Positions 48,137 through 58,981 of a stretch of 64,000 bases of DNA are shown in pieces. A model generated the notes under the pieces. The model had not been told where the DNA came from and did not search any database. It was given only the letters and a program-made list of their open reading frames with translations. Location: NCBI GenBank assembly GCA_946628495.1, contig CAMOWQ010000001.1:3964-67963 (forward strand). Direction: 5' to 3'. Every line of letters begins with the position of its first letter. The first letter of the stretch is position 1. The stretch is from an uncultured Treponema sp. (GTDB lineage Bacteria; Spirochaetota; Spirochaetia; Treponematales; Treponemataceae). The position numbers were made by a program, and so were the translations under genes.

Positions 48137-50383
48137 ATGAAAAGAGCGATTTTTATCTTTATTGCATCATGCATTTTATTACCGCTTTCTGCTGCATCAT
48201 ATAATACAGCAAATTTGGACAATACAGCCGGAGTTGACCGCTATGCCGTTTATGTCGGTTCAAACGACGGTGGAAAAGAACGAGAGAGACTTTTATACGC
48301 AGGAAGTGATGCACAGAGTTTTCAGAAAATAATGTCGGAAATTGGCGGCGTGCAGGATTCAAACAGTTATGTATTGATAGATCCTTCAAAAGAAAAAATT
48401 GATGATACGCTTGCAAAAATTTCCACAAAAATCAATTTGAATAAATCAAATGCAAAACGTTCAGAATTCATTTTTTACTATTCGGGACATTCAGACGAAA
48501 ACAGCCTTCTTTTGGGCGAAGCGTCTTATGATTATTCAAGCTTAAAGCAGTCAATAACACAAATTCCAAGCGACATTCACATTGTAATATTGGATTCCTG
48601 CTATTCAGGCAATTTTATCAGGACAAAGGGCGGACAGAAAAGAAAGCCATTCCTTATGGATGATACATCTGTCGTAAAAGGACATGCATATCTTTCTTCA
48701 AGTTCTGACCACGAATATTCACAGGAATCGGACGATATAGAATCTTCATATTTTACAAATGCAATGATAACGGGTCTTCGCGGTGCTGCCGATACATCAG
48801 GCGACAACAAGGTAACACTTAATGAACTTTATTCGTATGCATTCAACGATACGCTCTCTAAAACGGAATCAAGTAAAGCTGGTCCTCAGCATCCTAACTA
48901 CAACATTACGCTGGTTGGCTCAGGAGACTTAATTCTTTCTGACATTTCTACAGCCGATGCAATGCTTTCTCTTTCAAAAGATGCAAAAGGAACATTCATA
49001 ATTAGAGATAACAGCGGAAAACTTGTTTCAGAAATCAACAAAACTCCGGGACAGCCTATTTTTATGGCACTTCCTGTAGGAACATATTCAGCAGTAAGCA
49101 TTGATGAATATTCTACAAAACAGGGCTTTTTTACATTGGAAAAAGACAGTGTTTACGTTCTTGATATGAACAACATGACTGCCATTAAAAAGAAAGATAC
49201 AAGACTTCGCGGTGGCAGCATAGACGAAAATGAATCTCAGGGGCTTTTAAACGAAGCGTCCATTGCAGATGCAGTGCATATCAATATTATTCCGGGCATA
49301 GCTTTGTTAAGATTCTCTCCAGACTGTTCACTTGCTTCTTTTGGAATTATTGGTGGAAGTGAACGTAATATGACAGGTCTTCAGGCTTCCAGTGTAATGA
49401 ATATCAATACAGGAAACCTTACAGGCGTACAAGGGGCAGGAGTTTTCAACATTAACAATGGAAATGTTTTGGGTGCACAATTTGCAGGTGTATTCAATAC
49501 TGCACAGAACGTTAACGGCATTCAGGGAGCCGGTGTTTTTAATGTAAACAAAAGCTTTAGCGGTGCAGAACTTGCCGGTGTATTCAATATAAGCAGCAAA
49601 GAACAATCAAACGGTGTACAAGGCGCCGGTGTATTCAATATTTGCCGTGGAATTTCAGGAGTACAGGGAGCTGGTGTTTTCAACGTATGCGATGACATTG
49701 AAGGTGTACAGGCAGCCGGTGTAATTAATGTTGCAAAAAAAGTTTCTGGTTTACAGATTGGTGTAATAAACGTTGCAACAGAAAATAACGGACTTGCAAT
49801 TGGTGTATTAAACTTTATTGGAAACGGTATGCATCACGCAGGCTTTGTATGGAACTCATCAGACAAAATGTTCGATGCATTCTTCCAGAGCGGAACAAAG
49901 AAACTTTTTGCAACAATCGGTATGTCATTCAGCGATAAAGCAATAAAAGGTGAAACAATTGACAAATGCCTTTTATATTCGGGTTTAGGAACTGAATTCA
50001 TTTTTTCTAAAAGCACATTCTTGGGCTCAAGCGTTGATATCGAAGGTCTTGTAAAAAATGTATTCCCAACACCGGCATTAGTAAATGGTTTAAGCGGAGA
50101 TTTAAGTGCATATATTTCAGTCGAAGAAAATAACTTACATATTTCAATTAGTCCGACATTTGAATCTCCAGACCAATACATGATTCCATCTTTAAGAATT
50201 ACCTTCAATTCAAACCTTGGAAAACATCTTGAAGCTACAATGGGCTGGAATTTCGATTTGAATGTTGCAGGCTGGAACGATAAGGCATTCGAATTGTTCC
50301 CTCACGCAAATAATTTTGCCTTTGGTTCTAACGATGAATGGAAATTCTATTATTCCTGGTTTGTAGGATTTAAGATTAAATAA
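48137..50383 (+). CDS. Exported caspase-family (peptidase C14) protein with LA_2272-like beta-helix repeats and probable C-terminal beta-barrel
   Basis: Signal peptide; RYAVYVGSN, LLYAGSDA, FYYSGH, ILDSCYSG, SQESD, SYFT..GLRGAAD; about ten G[VA]Q.AG[VI]FN repeats; aromatic beta-strand C-terminus. Confidence 0.85.
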   Translation: MKRAIFIFIASCILLPLSAASYNTANLDNTAGVDRYAVYVGSNDGGKERERLLYAGSDAQSFQKIMSEIGGVQDSNSYVLIDPSKEKIDDTLAKISTKINLNKSNAKRSEFIFYYSGHSDENSLLLGEASYDYSSLKQSITQIPSDIHIVILDSCYSGNFIRTKGGQKRKPFLMDDTSVVKGHAYLSSSSDHEYSQESDDIESSYFTNAMITGLRGAADTSGDNKVTLNELYSYAFNDTLSKTESSKAGPQHPNYNITLVGSGDLILSDISTADAMLSLSKDAKGTFIIRDNSGKLVSEINKTPGQPIFMALPVGTYSAVSIDEYSTKQGFFTLEKDSVYVLDMNNMTAIKKKDTRLRGGSIDENESQGLLNEASIADAVHINIIPGIALLRFSPDCSLASFGIIGGSERNMTGLQASSVMNINTGNLTGVQGAGVFNINNGNVLGAQFAGVFNTAQNVNGIQGAGVFNVNKSFSGAELAGVFNISSKEQSNGVQGAGVFNICRGISGVQGAGVFNVCDDIEGVQAAGVINVAKKVSGLQIGVINVATENNGLAIGVLNFIGNGMHHAGFVWNSSDKMFDAFFQSGTKKLFATIGMSFSDKAIKGETIDKCLLYSGLGTEFIFSKSTFLGSSVDIEGLVKNVFPTPALVNGLSGDLSAYISVEENNLHISISPTFESPDQYMIPSLRITFNSNLGKHLEATMGWNFDLNVAGWNDKAFELFPHANNFAFGSNDEWKFYYSWFVGFKIK
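49370..49800 (+). repeat. Coding tandem repeats of about 15 aa (GxQxAGVFN)
   Basis: GLQASSVMN, GVQGAGVFN, GAQFAGVFN, GIQGAGVFN, GAELAGVFN, GVQGAGVFN twice, GVQAAGVIN, GLQIGVIN. Confidence 0.85.
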
Positions 50384-50436
50384 AACATACAAATTATTTT
50401 AATACTGATTAAAGCACCTCCCCTGATAATCAGTTA

Positions 50437-50498
50437 TAAAAAAACGGAGGTTTGAAAGAAGCGTATGAAATACTTCAATTCAAACCTCCGTTTTTTTT
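50437..50498. terminator. Bidirectional intrinsic terminator
   Basis: AAAAAAACGGAGGTTTGAA...TTCAAACCTCCGTTTTTTTT between convergent genes. Confidence 0.85.
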
Positions 50499-50521
50499 GT
50501 TTAATGAACATCAACTAAAGC

Positions 50522-52627
50522 TTAAACTTTGAACAAATCAATTTGAGAACCAATCTTTTTAATAGCATCAGAAACCTGATTTGAAATGCCTGTAAGAGCA
50601 GAACCTGTTTCATTAATAAGCTTAGCGCCAACTGAAATTTCATCCATACTCTGCTTCATTGATACTGTTGCCTCCTGAAGCAAGCCCATTTCGTTCAAAA
50701 CCCTACCCTTCTGTTCTGCCATTTTCTTAGAAGCTCTGTTTACATCCTGAGTATTGTCTTTTACATTATGAAGAGCTTCTGTAATCTGCTTAGAACCTTC
50801 ATTCTGTTCTTCCATTGCAGAACGAATCTGTTCAACAAGCTGGTCTGTCTGTTCAATCTGACTGGAAACAGCATTAAGGGCTTCACTTGATTCATTAGAT
50901 GAACTTACAACCTGATTGATAGTTGACTGAATCTTTTTAATTCCTTCACCAATTGCCTTAGATTGTGCAGAAGAAGTTTCAGAAAGTTTTCTGATTTCAT
51001 CTGCTACAACGGCGAATCCTTTACCTGCCTCTCCAGCATGTGCAGCTTCGATTGCAGCATTCATGGCAAGAAGGTTTGTCTGACTTGCAATGCTTGAAAT
51101 TGCAGCATTTGCATCTTTAAGCATTTTAGACTGTTCTTCCATATCCTTAATTTTTTCGCTTACATCCTGCTGTTTCTTAAATCCAGTTTCTGCATTCTGC
51201 TGAAGAAGTCTGAATGAACTTGACATTTTTTCTACAGAACTATTTACAGAAGAAATATTTCCAATCATCTCTTCTATTGCTGCCGATGCCTGTTCAACAC
51301 CTGCTGACTGATTTTCAATCAAACCGTCAAGTTCTACTATACCGTCCGAAATTTCATTTACAGAACCACTGCTTCTCTGAACACCTTCATTTTGATTCCT
51401 AATCTGCCCTGAAATACTTTCGATATTCGCAATAATTTCGGTAATGGCACTTGAAGTATCCTGCATACTTGTACTCAAAGACATACCGCTGGTACTAAGA
51501 TTGTCTTTTGATTCCTTAACTTCTCTAACAATCTGCTGAAGTTTATCAAGGAAGAAGTCAAAATGAATAACCAGAGAACCAATTTCATCACGATGATAAA
51601 GATTTGCGCGTTTAGTAAGGTCTGCTTCTCCAGTTTCCATCTCTCTAAGGAAATTCGTTATAACCTTAATTCGGTTCATAAGATAGCGGACATACATATA
51701 ACTGATTGCATTAAAAATGAAGATGAGTGCAATTACAACAGGAATAACAATCTTTACAGTTTGATTTTTTACATTTTCAATTTCCTGTATTGATTTTGCA
51801 ATAAAAATCATACCTGAAACAGAACCGTCATCATTAAAAATCGGCGCATAATTTGAATAATACACCTTATTATTAATTGTATTTTTTCCGCGATATTCTT
51901 CACCTTCCCGAAGAACCATTTGAGAAATCTCTTTATTCGAAAGTTCAGTGCCTACAAGGCTGCTGCCAAGAGTGGTAGCCGCACGAACGTTACCCTTAAA
52001 TACTGTAACCTCTACGTTGTAGTTATCCTGGATGATATTTACAAAGCAGTCATCACCTACATCCGAAAGGCTATAACCGCATACAACAGCGCCAATTAAT
52101 TTTCCTTCTGAATAAACAGGATTTGCACTTGCAATTGCAAAATTTATATCACCAACAGTTTCATAAGCATAGGCAGATTTTCCAGACAATGCTTTTCTTA
52201 CAATATATGTACCTGCAAGATTTGCACCTGTTTTTACACCAAATCCACCCAAAACAGAACCATTTATATTTGTATAGGCTAAAACATCAAGACCATAAGT
52301 ATCTGCAACTTCATCAGAAACTTCAGCCGCAAGATTTACATCACCATTCTGAATTATAATTGCCGTAGTGCTGTCTTTAGAAAAAACTTTTGAATAACGA
52401 TTCAGATTATCCTGCCAGTCTGTAAGAAGGAAATTACTGCCTTTTGCATTATAAGCAAGCTCAGTTTCAGCATTTTGAACAAAATAGTGATCAAAAAGTT
52501 GAAGAGAAGCAAACGTTGCAATTCCACTACAAATTGTGATGAATCCAAAAAACAATCCAACAAGCTGATATCTTAATGGAATTGCCTTTTTAGCATTCCT
52601 ATCAAACCTGTCTAAAACTTTTGCCAT
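50522..52627 (-). CDS. Methyl-accepting chemotaxis protein (Cache sensor, HAMP)
   Basis: Two TMs; GEADLTKR...DEIG HAMP; [33 protein letters not shown]. Confidence 0.95.
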   Translation of the reverse strand: MAKVLDRFDRNAKKAIPLRYQLVGLFFGFITICSGIATFASLQLFDHYFVQNAETELAYNAKGSNFLLTDWQDNLNRYSKVFSKDSTTAIIIQNGDVNLAAEVSDEVADTYGLDVLAYTNINGSVLGGFGVKTGANLAGTYIVRKALSGKSAYAYETVGDINFAIASANPVYSEGKLIGAVVCGYSLSDVGDDCFVNIIQDNYNVEVTVFKGNVRAATTLGSSLVGTELSNKEISQMVLREGEEYRGKNTINNKVYYSNYAPIFNDDGSVSGMIFIAKSIQEIENVKNQTVKIVIPVVIALIFIFNAISYMYVRYLMNRIKVITNFLREMETGEADLTKRANLYHRDEIGSLVIHFDFFLDKLQQIVREVKESKDNLSTSGMSLSTSMQDTSSAITEIIANIESISGQIRNQNEGVQRSSGSVNEISDGIVELDGLIENQSAGVEQASAAIEEMIGNISSVNSSVEKMSSSFRLLQQNAETGFKKQQDVSEKIKDMEEQSKMLKDANAAISSIASQTNLLAMNAAIEAAHAGEAGKGFAVVADEIRKLSETSSAQSKAIGEGIKKIQSTINQVVSSSNESSEALNAVSSQIEQTDQLVEQIRSAMEEQNEGSKQITEALHNVKDNTQDVNRASKKMAEQKGRVLNEMGLLQEATVSMKQSMDEISVGAKLINETGSALTGISNQVSDAIKKIGSQIDLFKV

Positions 52628-52825
52628 AATTAACCTCTTAGAATAAACATATCTTTTGAATTATTATAATAACATGTTGTTATAAATTCAATAAATTCGT
52701 TAAACAATAAACATATTGTTATAATTATCGACTAGTCTTCAAAGTTTATTAAGCCTAATTAACCTCAATTTCAAGTTTTGAATTATATATTCATTTTGGC
52801 ATGACAATATTCAAACACAGAAAAA

Positions 52826-54664
52826 TCAGTTCGAAGGGAACAGTTTTCCATCACTATCCAAATTCCAGTTAGTTACTGTTCCGCCATTTGATTCAGGCAC
52901 AATACTAATTTTAGGAACAATATCTTCAATTACAACTCCGCTACCGCTTTGAGCCTCAAGGATAGTTACACCTTCGGTATAAGAAGCAGGAATAACAGTT
53001 GCTATAGTTGAAGCGCTGTTTGAAAGGTCTCCCGCAACAACAATAGTTTTATCTGCTGCAAGATATATATTGCTTTGTATAAGCACATTCCCCTTTAGTT
53101 TTAAGATGCCTTCAGAATAAATACCTTCTCCAGTCGCTGCAGTAAATGAATTATCAAGTAAAACTCCATCAAGAGTAACGTTTGCATTAGAAGTAAGATA
53201 AAGACCGCCTCCGTTTCCACTTGTAGAACCGTTCGTAAAAAGAATATTTTTGAATGTTACAGGAACCTTTGTATCTAAGTAGAAACAACCGCCGTTTTCA
53301 GAAACTGGATCCGAATCTCCACAACCGTCAAATCCATCTTGAGGTTCTCCTTCAAATAATTCAGACGCCCCTTCTATCAATAATGATTTTGCATAAGATT
53401 TTAAATATTTTGTTTCATCAAGAACCTGTCTTTCCAGAAGCCTACCTTTTACCTTTATAACAAAATCCGCACTGCCACCACCTGTATAAAGAATTGTTTC
53501 TATTGCTTCTGCAAGATTTGAATATCCATATTCTTCGGAATTTCCATAATGATAATCAGCAGAACGATTTACATACAGCGTTACCGGTTGAGTTTTGTCC
53601 ATTGCAATCCAATGAGCCGTTAACGTTTTATTACCAGTTGAATTTGCAGGAATACTTGTAACAAGATTTTCGTTTTCATCATACCATCCGCAGAAAATAT
53701 GATTGGCTTTTTTTAGACGAGGAAGAATTATATTAGAAGATTTTCTTGTATAGTTGTCGATTTTCATCTGTCCTTCTGCAAGCGAGCAGGAAACAGAACC
53801 ATTATTATAGTTATAAGTATTCTTATATACTTCATTTAAATCGACAGTATCTTCAAAAACCGTATTTAATCCTTTAGAAACATTAACTACATAAGGCAGA
53901 GTATTTAAAACCTGAGTATCATAATAAAACCTAAAAGTGATTTTATATGTACCAGTTTCAATTCGTCCTCCCGAAAAGACACCACTCGAAGTAGAACCCG
54001 AAGATGTTGATGAAACAGAACGTTTATACTGCACAGATTTAGGAGAACCGGAAGCAAAAGACGATATAACACGTTCATCTACCTGAACAGGATCAGAACC
54101 GTCTACTAGTTGTTCAACAGTGATTTGTACTTTGCTTACAGTTGTTTTTGATGTATCAAAGTTTAATTTGAAATCAACTCCGCCAAAATCATCAAAAGGT
54201 GTAGTCAATTCAGTGGCACTCTTTGCAGGAGAAAGTTCAAGCGAAATTGGATTAGTCTTTGATTCTTCTATAGCAACATTGCTGACACTACTATTGAAAT
54301 ATACACTATCAATTATTCCCTTTAACTGAAAACTATAAACACCAGCTCCCTGTTCAAGAAGAAACTGCTGATTATACAAACTTTCCAGATTAGGTAAATT
54401 ACTTGCAAGCACAACCTGACTTTCACCAGTTTTTGTTGCATAAAGATAAATGCTCTGCATTTTATCAAGAGCTGCATTCAAATCAGGATTAATAGAACGG
54501 CTTAGTGAAACATTATTTTCTTTGATTACAAGATATGTATTTGAATCAACAGAATTATTTTCATCATTCTGAAAAGACTGCGTACAAGACAAAAAAGAAC
54601 AAAGCACAACGGAAAAAACAAAAAGAACTGTCGGTAAATAATTTCTATATTTCATCTTTTTCAT
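52826..54664 (-). CDS. Surface lipoprotein with InlB B-repeat and short beta-helix
   Basis: RBS AAGGAGGAG, lipobox FLSC; F.GWY...TGNKTLTAHW; GGGLY repeats. N-half resembles the upstream 1401-aa protein. Confidence 0.7.
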   Translation of the reverse strand: MKKMKYRNYLPTVLFVFSVVLCSFLSCTQSFQNDENNSVDSNTYLVIKENNVSLSRSINPDLNAALDKMQSIYLYATKTGESQVVLASNLPNLESLYNQQFLLEQGAGVYSFQLKGIIDSVYFNSSVSNVAIEESKTNPISLELSPAKSATELTTPFDDFGGVDFKLNFDTSKTTVSKVQITVEQLVDGSDPVQVDERVISSFASGSPKSVQYKRSVSSTSSGSTSSGVFSGGRIETGTYKITFRFYYDTQVLNTLPYVVNVSKGLNTVFEDTVDLNEVYKNTYNYNNGSVSCSLAEGQMKIDNYTRKSSNIILPRLKKANHIFCGWYDENENLVTSIPANSTGNKTLTAHWIAMDKTQPVTLYVNRSADYHYGNSEEYGYSNLAEAIETILYTGGGSADFVIKVKGRLLERQVLDETKYLKSYAKSLLIEGASELFEGEPQDGFDGCGDSDPVSENGGCFYLDTKVPVTFKNILFTNGSTSGNGGGLYLTSNANVTLDGVLLDNSFTAATGEGIYSEGILKLKGNVLIQSNIYLAADKTIVVAGDLSNSASTIATVIPASYTEGVTILEAQSGSGVVIEDIVPKISIVPESNGGTVTNWNLDSDGKLFPSN

Positions 54665-54674
54665 AAACTCCTCC

Positions 54675-57600
54675 TTAATCCTGGCTAACTTTAATCTGTG
54701 CCGTATATGAATAATAGTTTCCATCCGAATCTTTTGCTTCGAGATAAACTTCGTAAACACCAGGTTTCCAGCTTGAAGTATCAAGTGTAAGAAGATTTGT
54801 TGTGTTTGATTGAGTTTCGCCGTCAACCGTCCATTCATAATTTGACATATCTACTGTTGCCGTAAATTCTATTTGTGCGCCACCCGTAAGATGCATTGTA
54901 TTATCAACTGCAGAGCCACCAGAAGTTACAGAAACTTCTATGTCGCCAGGAAGACTTGATGCAATTGATACAGAAAGACTTGCACCTGTCTGTTTTATCA
55001 TTTTTCCTTCGCCTGTAGTTGCTGTACTGTCAAAATGCCAATACTGTTTGTCTCCATTACTGATAGTTTGCGGCGTAATTTCAAAATGCCCTGTAATATT
55101 ATTCCATAACAATGATGAAGATGCAGTTTCCTGATTCAGTTTTAAGAGATATACATCAGCTCCACCGTCTACAGGATAATTTTCTGGCGTAAATCTTGCA
55201 TTAGGTTTTCCATCGACACTATCCTGAATTTCAACCTGAACATTATTCTTTAAGTAAACGTCATTTGGAATTGTTATTTGAGCAGAACCTTTCATTTTTA
55301 ATTCTGCATTATCGCTTACATAAATTCCGCTTCCAAGTCCGCCATTTTCATTCGTTGTATTAACGGAATTTTCATTTACATAACATCCGAACATTTCGAA
55401 AACGGCATGTTCATCAAGATAAACACCACCACCTAAAGGCTGTACTGCATTACCAGACGGTGCAAAACTTTCATTAAAGCTGTTGTGCTGAATATGCGAA
55501 CCCGAACTTTTCTGCGTTCTAAGATATCCGCCGCTTGCAACATAAACACCAGCTCCATAATGAGTTCCGACATTATCAGAAATTACAGCGCCTGTATTTA
55601 CATAAAGTTTAGCTTTATTCGAAATATATACTCCGGCACCAGCTCCCGATACCATCGAAGAATCAAAATAACAGATATTTTCAGAAACCCTTGTATAATT
55701 TTCCAAAGAAACCGTAGCACCTTCTTCAAGCAGCAGACCGCCACCAATAATTCGTCCGTTCCTCGAAACTCCGTGTCCACCTTTTATATAAATACCGTTC
55801 AAAATAACAGGAACTTCTGTTCTTATTGTAAGCGTTGAACCAGCTTCACCATCTGCAATGTTAGCATTTAAGATATCTTTTGGAAGAATTGTAGAGCTTA
55901 CTGAATTTTTTCCCTTAATTGTTATGGAATTTGCCTGAATCTTTTCGTTTGCACTTTTATCTGCAATTAACTGTTTACCACTTACTTCGCCACTAAGAAT
56001 GATTGTATAATCAACAGTTGAATCATTCATTTTTGCAACAGCCGACTCGATAGACGGAAGCGGTGTTGATACCGAAAGACCATCATTTTCTCCTAAACCT
56101 GCTGCCGAAACATAGAAAGAAGATGTATTTTGCTTTATTTTTCCTGTTGAAGAATCAACAATCCAATTTGTCGTTACACCATTTGAGGTTGCAACAAGCG
56201 GTTCAATAACAAACATATCCAATACATCAGAAAGAGTTAATCCTGCAGCAGAAGCCTCATCTGTCAGCTGAATAACTGCCTGATTATCATAATACTTTGT
56301 ATTTGCATCATCATGCGAAGGAATTAGATAAATAGGATTATCTGCAAGAGAACTTAGAGAATCTCCTATTTTCAACGTGCGTGAACTATAATAGTAAACA
56401 TCTTGAAGATATTCTTCATTTGAAGAGAATAAAACGGGTTTACCGCAAAGGACAAAATTACTTGTACCAAGATAAATTCCATTTCCGTTTTTTGCAGCGC
56501 CATTATTTCCGATTGTACCACTATTGAATATTATTTTTGCACCGTTTTCAGAACCAAGACCACCGCCACCATTTTTTGAATAATTATAGAAAATGCCTTT
56601 TTCCCATAATTCAGGAGTATTTTCGGTTTCGCTGATATAACTGCTATAACCCATATATAATTCACCAGAACCAGCTACATAAATACCGCCGCCTTCACCG
56701 TCTGCATAATTTGAGCAATGTTCTGAATCTGAAGCTATTTCGTTTGGCAAATCATTTCCAATAACAGCATCTCCATAAACATACATAATACCGTTATTGT
56801 AAACACCGCCACCCCGCTGATGTCCATTACTATTACCAGCATAAGCCGCGATATTGCCTTTTATAACACCGCCTGAAAATTTGATAACACCGGCCCCTGT
56901 TGTACTGCTACGCAGATTAAATATTCCGGCACCGCCACTGTTTCCACCGTCATAATTATATTCAATTGAACCGCCCGTCATTTCGAAAAGGCCATAATTA
57001 TAAACACCAGCTCCACCGTCATTACCACTTCCATGAACGGTTTGATTATGCCCGATTACACCATCACGCATATAAACTTTTCCAGAACTCTGATTATTTA
57101 TTCCACCGCCACGCCATGAATAATTATAACTTATACAACCCGACCAGTTAGTTTCTACAAGCTGGGATTTATCAACATCATAATAATAACCAAGATAAAC
57201 AGATCCAAGATTATAAATTCCGCCGCCATGTTCTGCACAACCGTTCGCAGCATTCACAGAGGCACTTTCTTCCTGAGATGCAATTCCTATTACCGCAGAA
57301 TCAAAAATATAAACAGTACCTGAATTATAAATTCCACTGCCATAATAACCAATATTTCTATAAATACATGCGCCGGCAGAAAGAGACAAAGTTGCATCTT
57401 CAGCAACATTAATACCGCCACCACACTTATTTGTATCATTAGACTGTGATGTACCGTTACCATTTGTGATCAGAAGATTTTCTATAGTAACCGGAACTTT
57501 AGTTGAAATTATAAGAACAGTTCCATCACTAGTACCGCTTGCCCCTGAAATTTCTCTTAAACCTCTATTCAACTTATCCTGAGGTTTTCCATCGGCATCA

Positions 57601-58880
57601 AGCCCGTTATATCCTGTAATCAACAGAGACTTTGCACATTCTGATGTAAGAGTTTCTGGAATTTCAGTTCGACCAAAATCTTTTGCATATCTTCGTTCCC
57701 CTGCTTTATTCGTTCCCGTATGAGCTCCTGTAACATCACCAATTATTTTTATAGTCCAGTCAACAGGAGTTGCAAGATTCGTAATTATTTCGCAGGCTTT
57801 ATCTACAGTTTCCAGTGCATTTTCAGGAGAAAAACCGTTATTTGTATCATCACCAGTCCCACTGACATATAAAACAGCTTCAGTCCATTTTGCATAAAAT
57901 GTTTTGTTTCCTGTACTTCCAACAGGAATAAGTTCTACAGCAGTTCCCGAAAAATCACTTTCTTCGTACCAGCCGCCAAAGAAACTGCCTTTTTTCTCTA
58001 AAACAGGAAGACTTATATCATCAGTTTTTCGGGAATATGAACAGGTTAGGAATTCACTTTGTGCAAGTTCACCTTCGTTCATTTCGTAGGTGATTGTATA
58101 GACTTCGTTCAAATCAAGTTCTATTAACGCTGAAGAAACAAAACCGCTTTTTATTCGTACATAATGCTCACAGATATTAAGAGGTTCTTCAATATCAGAT
58201 GAATAGAATTCAAATTTTACATAATATGTTTGAGATTCAAGCCGCTGTGCATTATCCGTAACATCTCTTACATATTCTACGGATTGAGTTAAGGAAACAT
58301 CATCAAAAGTCTTTTCTTCTATAGTTTTTGTCTGTTCCGCATCTTTTAAAACTGCAACAACTTTATCACAAATACCATTCCATTTAACAGAAATAGAAAA
58401 TCCGCCAAAATTTTGTTCAGCCTTAAGAATAAAAGCTACGGCATTAACATGCGATTCCTTTACTTGTGCTGTTACTGTATCTGTAAAAAGAGCCCCTTTA
58501 TAAAGCCCGGACAAACAGAATTCCCAGTTTCCTGATTGCACAAGTATTTTTTCAGAAGACATTTCTTCAAGATTATTTGCACTTGCAATTGTCTGGAAAG
58601 ATTTTTCTGCTTCAGATGAATCAGACGTAATTATTCGACCTTTTAAAACAACATCCGTTAACAAATCGATATTCTGCTCAATATCAGAAATTGTTCTGGC
58701 ATTTTTAGCTGCTTTATCTGTTTTAGCTGCCTTTGCACTTATCTTAATATAAGTCTTTCCATCTGCACTAATTGATTCTTCTGTCAAATTATTTTGTCTT
58801 AGATTAAATGTACATGATGATAAAACGATTGAAAAACAAGCAGTAAGTAATGCAATTCTACAAATTATCCTTCTTTGCAT
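54675..58880 (-). CDS. Large surface lipoprotein with InlB B-repeat, GG[GA][IV]Y beta-helix repeats and C-terminal Ig-like domain
   Basis: Lipobox LSSC; FGGWY...TGNKTFYAKW; YVSGTGDD; many GGGIY/GAGVY repeats; YEWTVDG...LDTS.W.PG.Y. Confidence 0.75.
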   Translation of the reverse strand: MQRRIICRIALLTACFSIVLSSCTFNLRQNNLTEESISADGKTYIKISAKAAKTDKAAKNARTISDIEQNIDLLTDVVLKGRIITSDSSEAEKSFQTIASANNLEEMSSEKILVQSGNWEFCLSGLYKGALFTDTVTAQVKESHVNAVAFILKAEQNFGGFSISVKWNGICDKVVAVLKDAEQTKTIEEKTFDDVSLTQSVEYVRDVTDNAQRLESQTYYVKFEFYSSDIEEPLNICEHYVRIKSGFVSSALIELDLNEVYTITYEMNEGELAQSEFLTCSYSRKTDDISLPVLEKKGSFFGGWYEESDFSGTAVELIPVGSTGNKTFYAKWTEAVLYVSGTGDDTNNGFSPENALETVDKACEIITNLATPVDWTIKIIGDVTGAHTGTNKAGERRYAKDFGRTEIPETLTSECAKSLLITGYNGLDADGKPQDKLNRGLREISGASGTSDGTVLIISTKVPVTIENLLITNGNGTSQSNDTNKCGGGINVAEDATLSLSAGACIYRNIGYYGSGIYNSGTVYIFDSAVIGIASQEESASVNAANGCAEHGGGIYNLGSVYLGYYYDVDKSQLVETNWSGCISYNYSWRGGGINNQSSGKVYMRDGVIGHNQTVHGSGNDGGAGVYNYGLFEMTGGSIEYNYDGGNSGGAGIFNLRSSTTGAGVIKFSGGVIKGNIAAYAGNSNGHQRGGGVYNNGIMYVYGDAVIGNDLPNEIASDSEHCSNYADGEGGGIYVAGSGELYMGYSSYISETENTPELWEKGIFYNYSKNGGGGLGSENGAKIIFNSGTIGNNGAAKNGNGIYLGTSNFVLCGKPVLFSSNEEYLQDVYYYSSRTLKIGDSLSSLADNPIYLIPSHDDANTKYYDNQAVIQLTDEASAAGLTLSDVLDMFVIEPLVATSNGVTTNWIVDSSTGKIKQNTSSFYVSAAGLGENDGLSVSTPLPSIESAVAKMNDSTVDYTIILSGEVSGKQLIADKSANEKIQANSITIKGKNSVSSTILPKDILNANIADGEAGSTLTIRTEVPVILNGIYIKGGHGVSRNGRIIGGGLLLEEGATVSLENYTRVSENICYFDSSMVSGAGAGVYISNKAKLYVNTGAVISDNVGTHYGAGVYVASGGYLRTQKSSGSHIQHNSFNESFAPSGNAVQPLGGGVYLDEHAVFEMFGCYVNENSVNTTNENGGLGSGIYVSDNAELKMKGSAQITIPNDVYLKNNVQVEIQDSVDGKPNARFTPENYPVDGGADVYLLKLNQETASSSLLWNNITGHFEITPQTISNGDKQYWHFDSTATTGEGKMIKQTGASLSVSIASSLPGDIEVSVTSGGSAVDNTMHLTGGAQIEFTATVDMSNYEWTVDGETQSNTTNLLTLDTSSWKPGVYEVYLEAKDSDGNYYSYTAQIKVSQD

Positions 58881-58932
58881 ACGAAACTCCCTTGATAAGC
58901 TACCTTACCAATTCATCTTGCCGCTTTTAAAC

Positions 58933-58975
58933 AAAAAAAGGCAGTTTGCATAGAAAAAATCTTACAAACTGCCTT
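58933..58975 (-). terminator. Intrinsic terminator
   Basis: Minus strand AAGGCAGTTTG...CAAACTGCCTTTTTTT after the lipoprotein ending at 58982. Confidence 0.75.
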
Positions 58976-58981
58976 ATAAAA

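Noticed and set aside
49370-49800. Regularly spaced DNA repeats as a CRISPR array
   Set aside because: Degenerate at third codon positions and in frame, so these are protein repeats; no cas genes in the window.
54665-54838. Long overlap of the 670-aa ORF with the upstream lipoprotein (and the 60782-60943 extension)
   Set aside because: True starts are at 54664 and 60781, where strong RBS and signal peptides begin.
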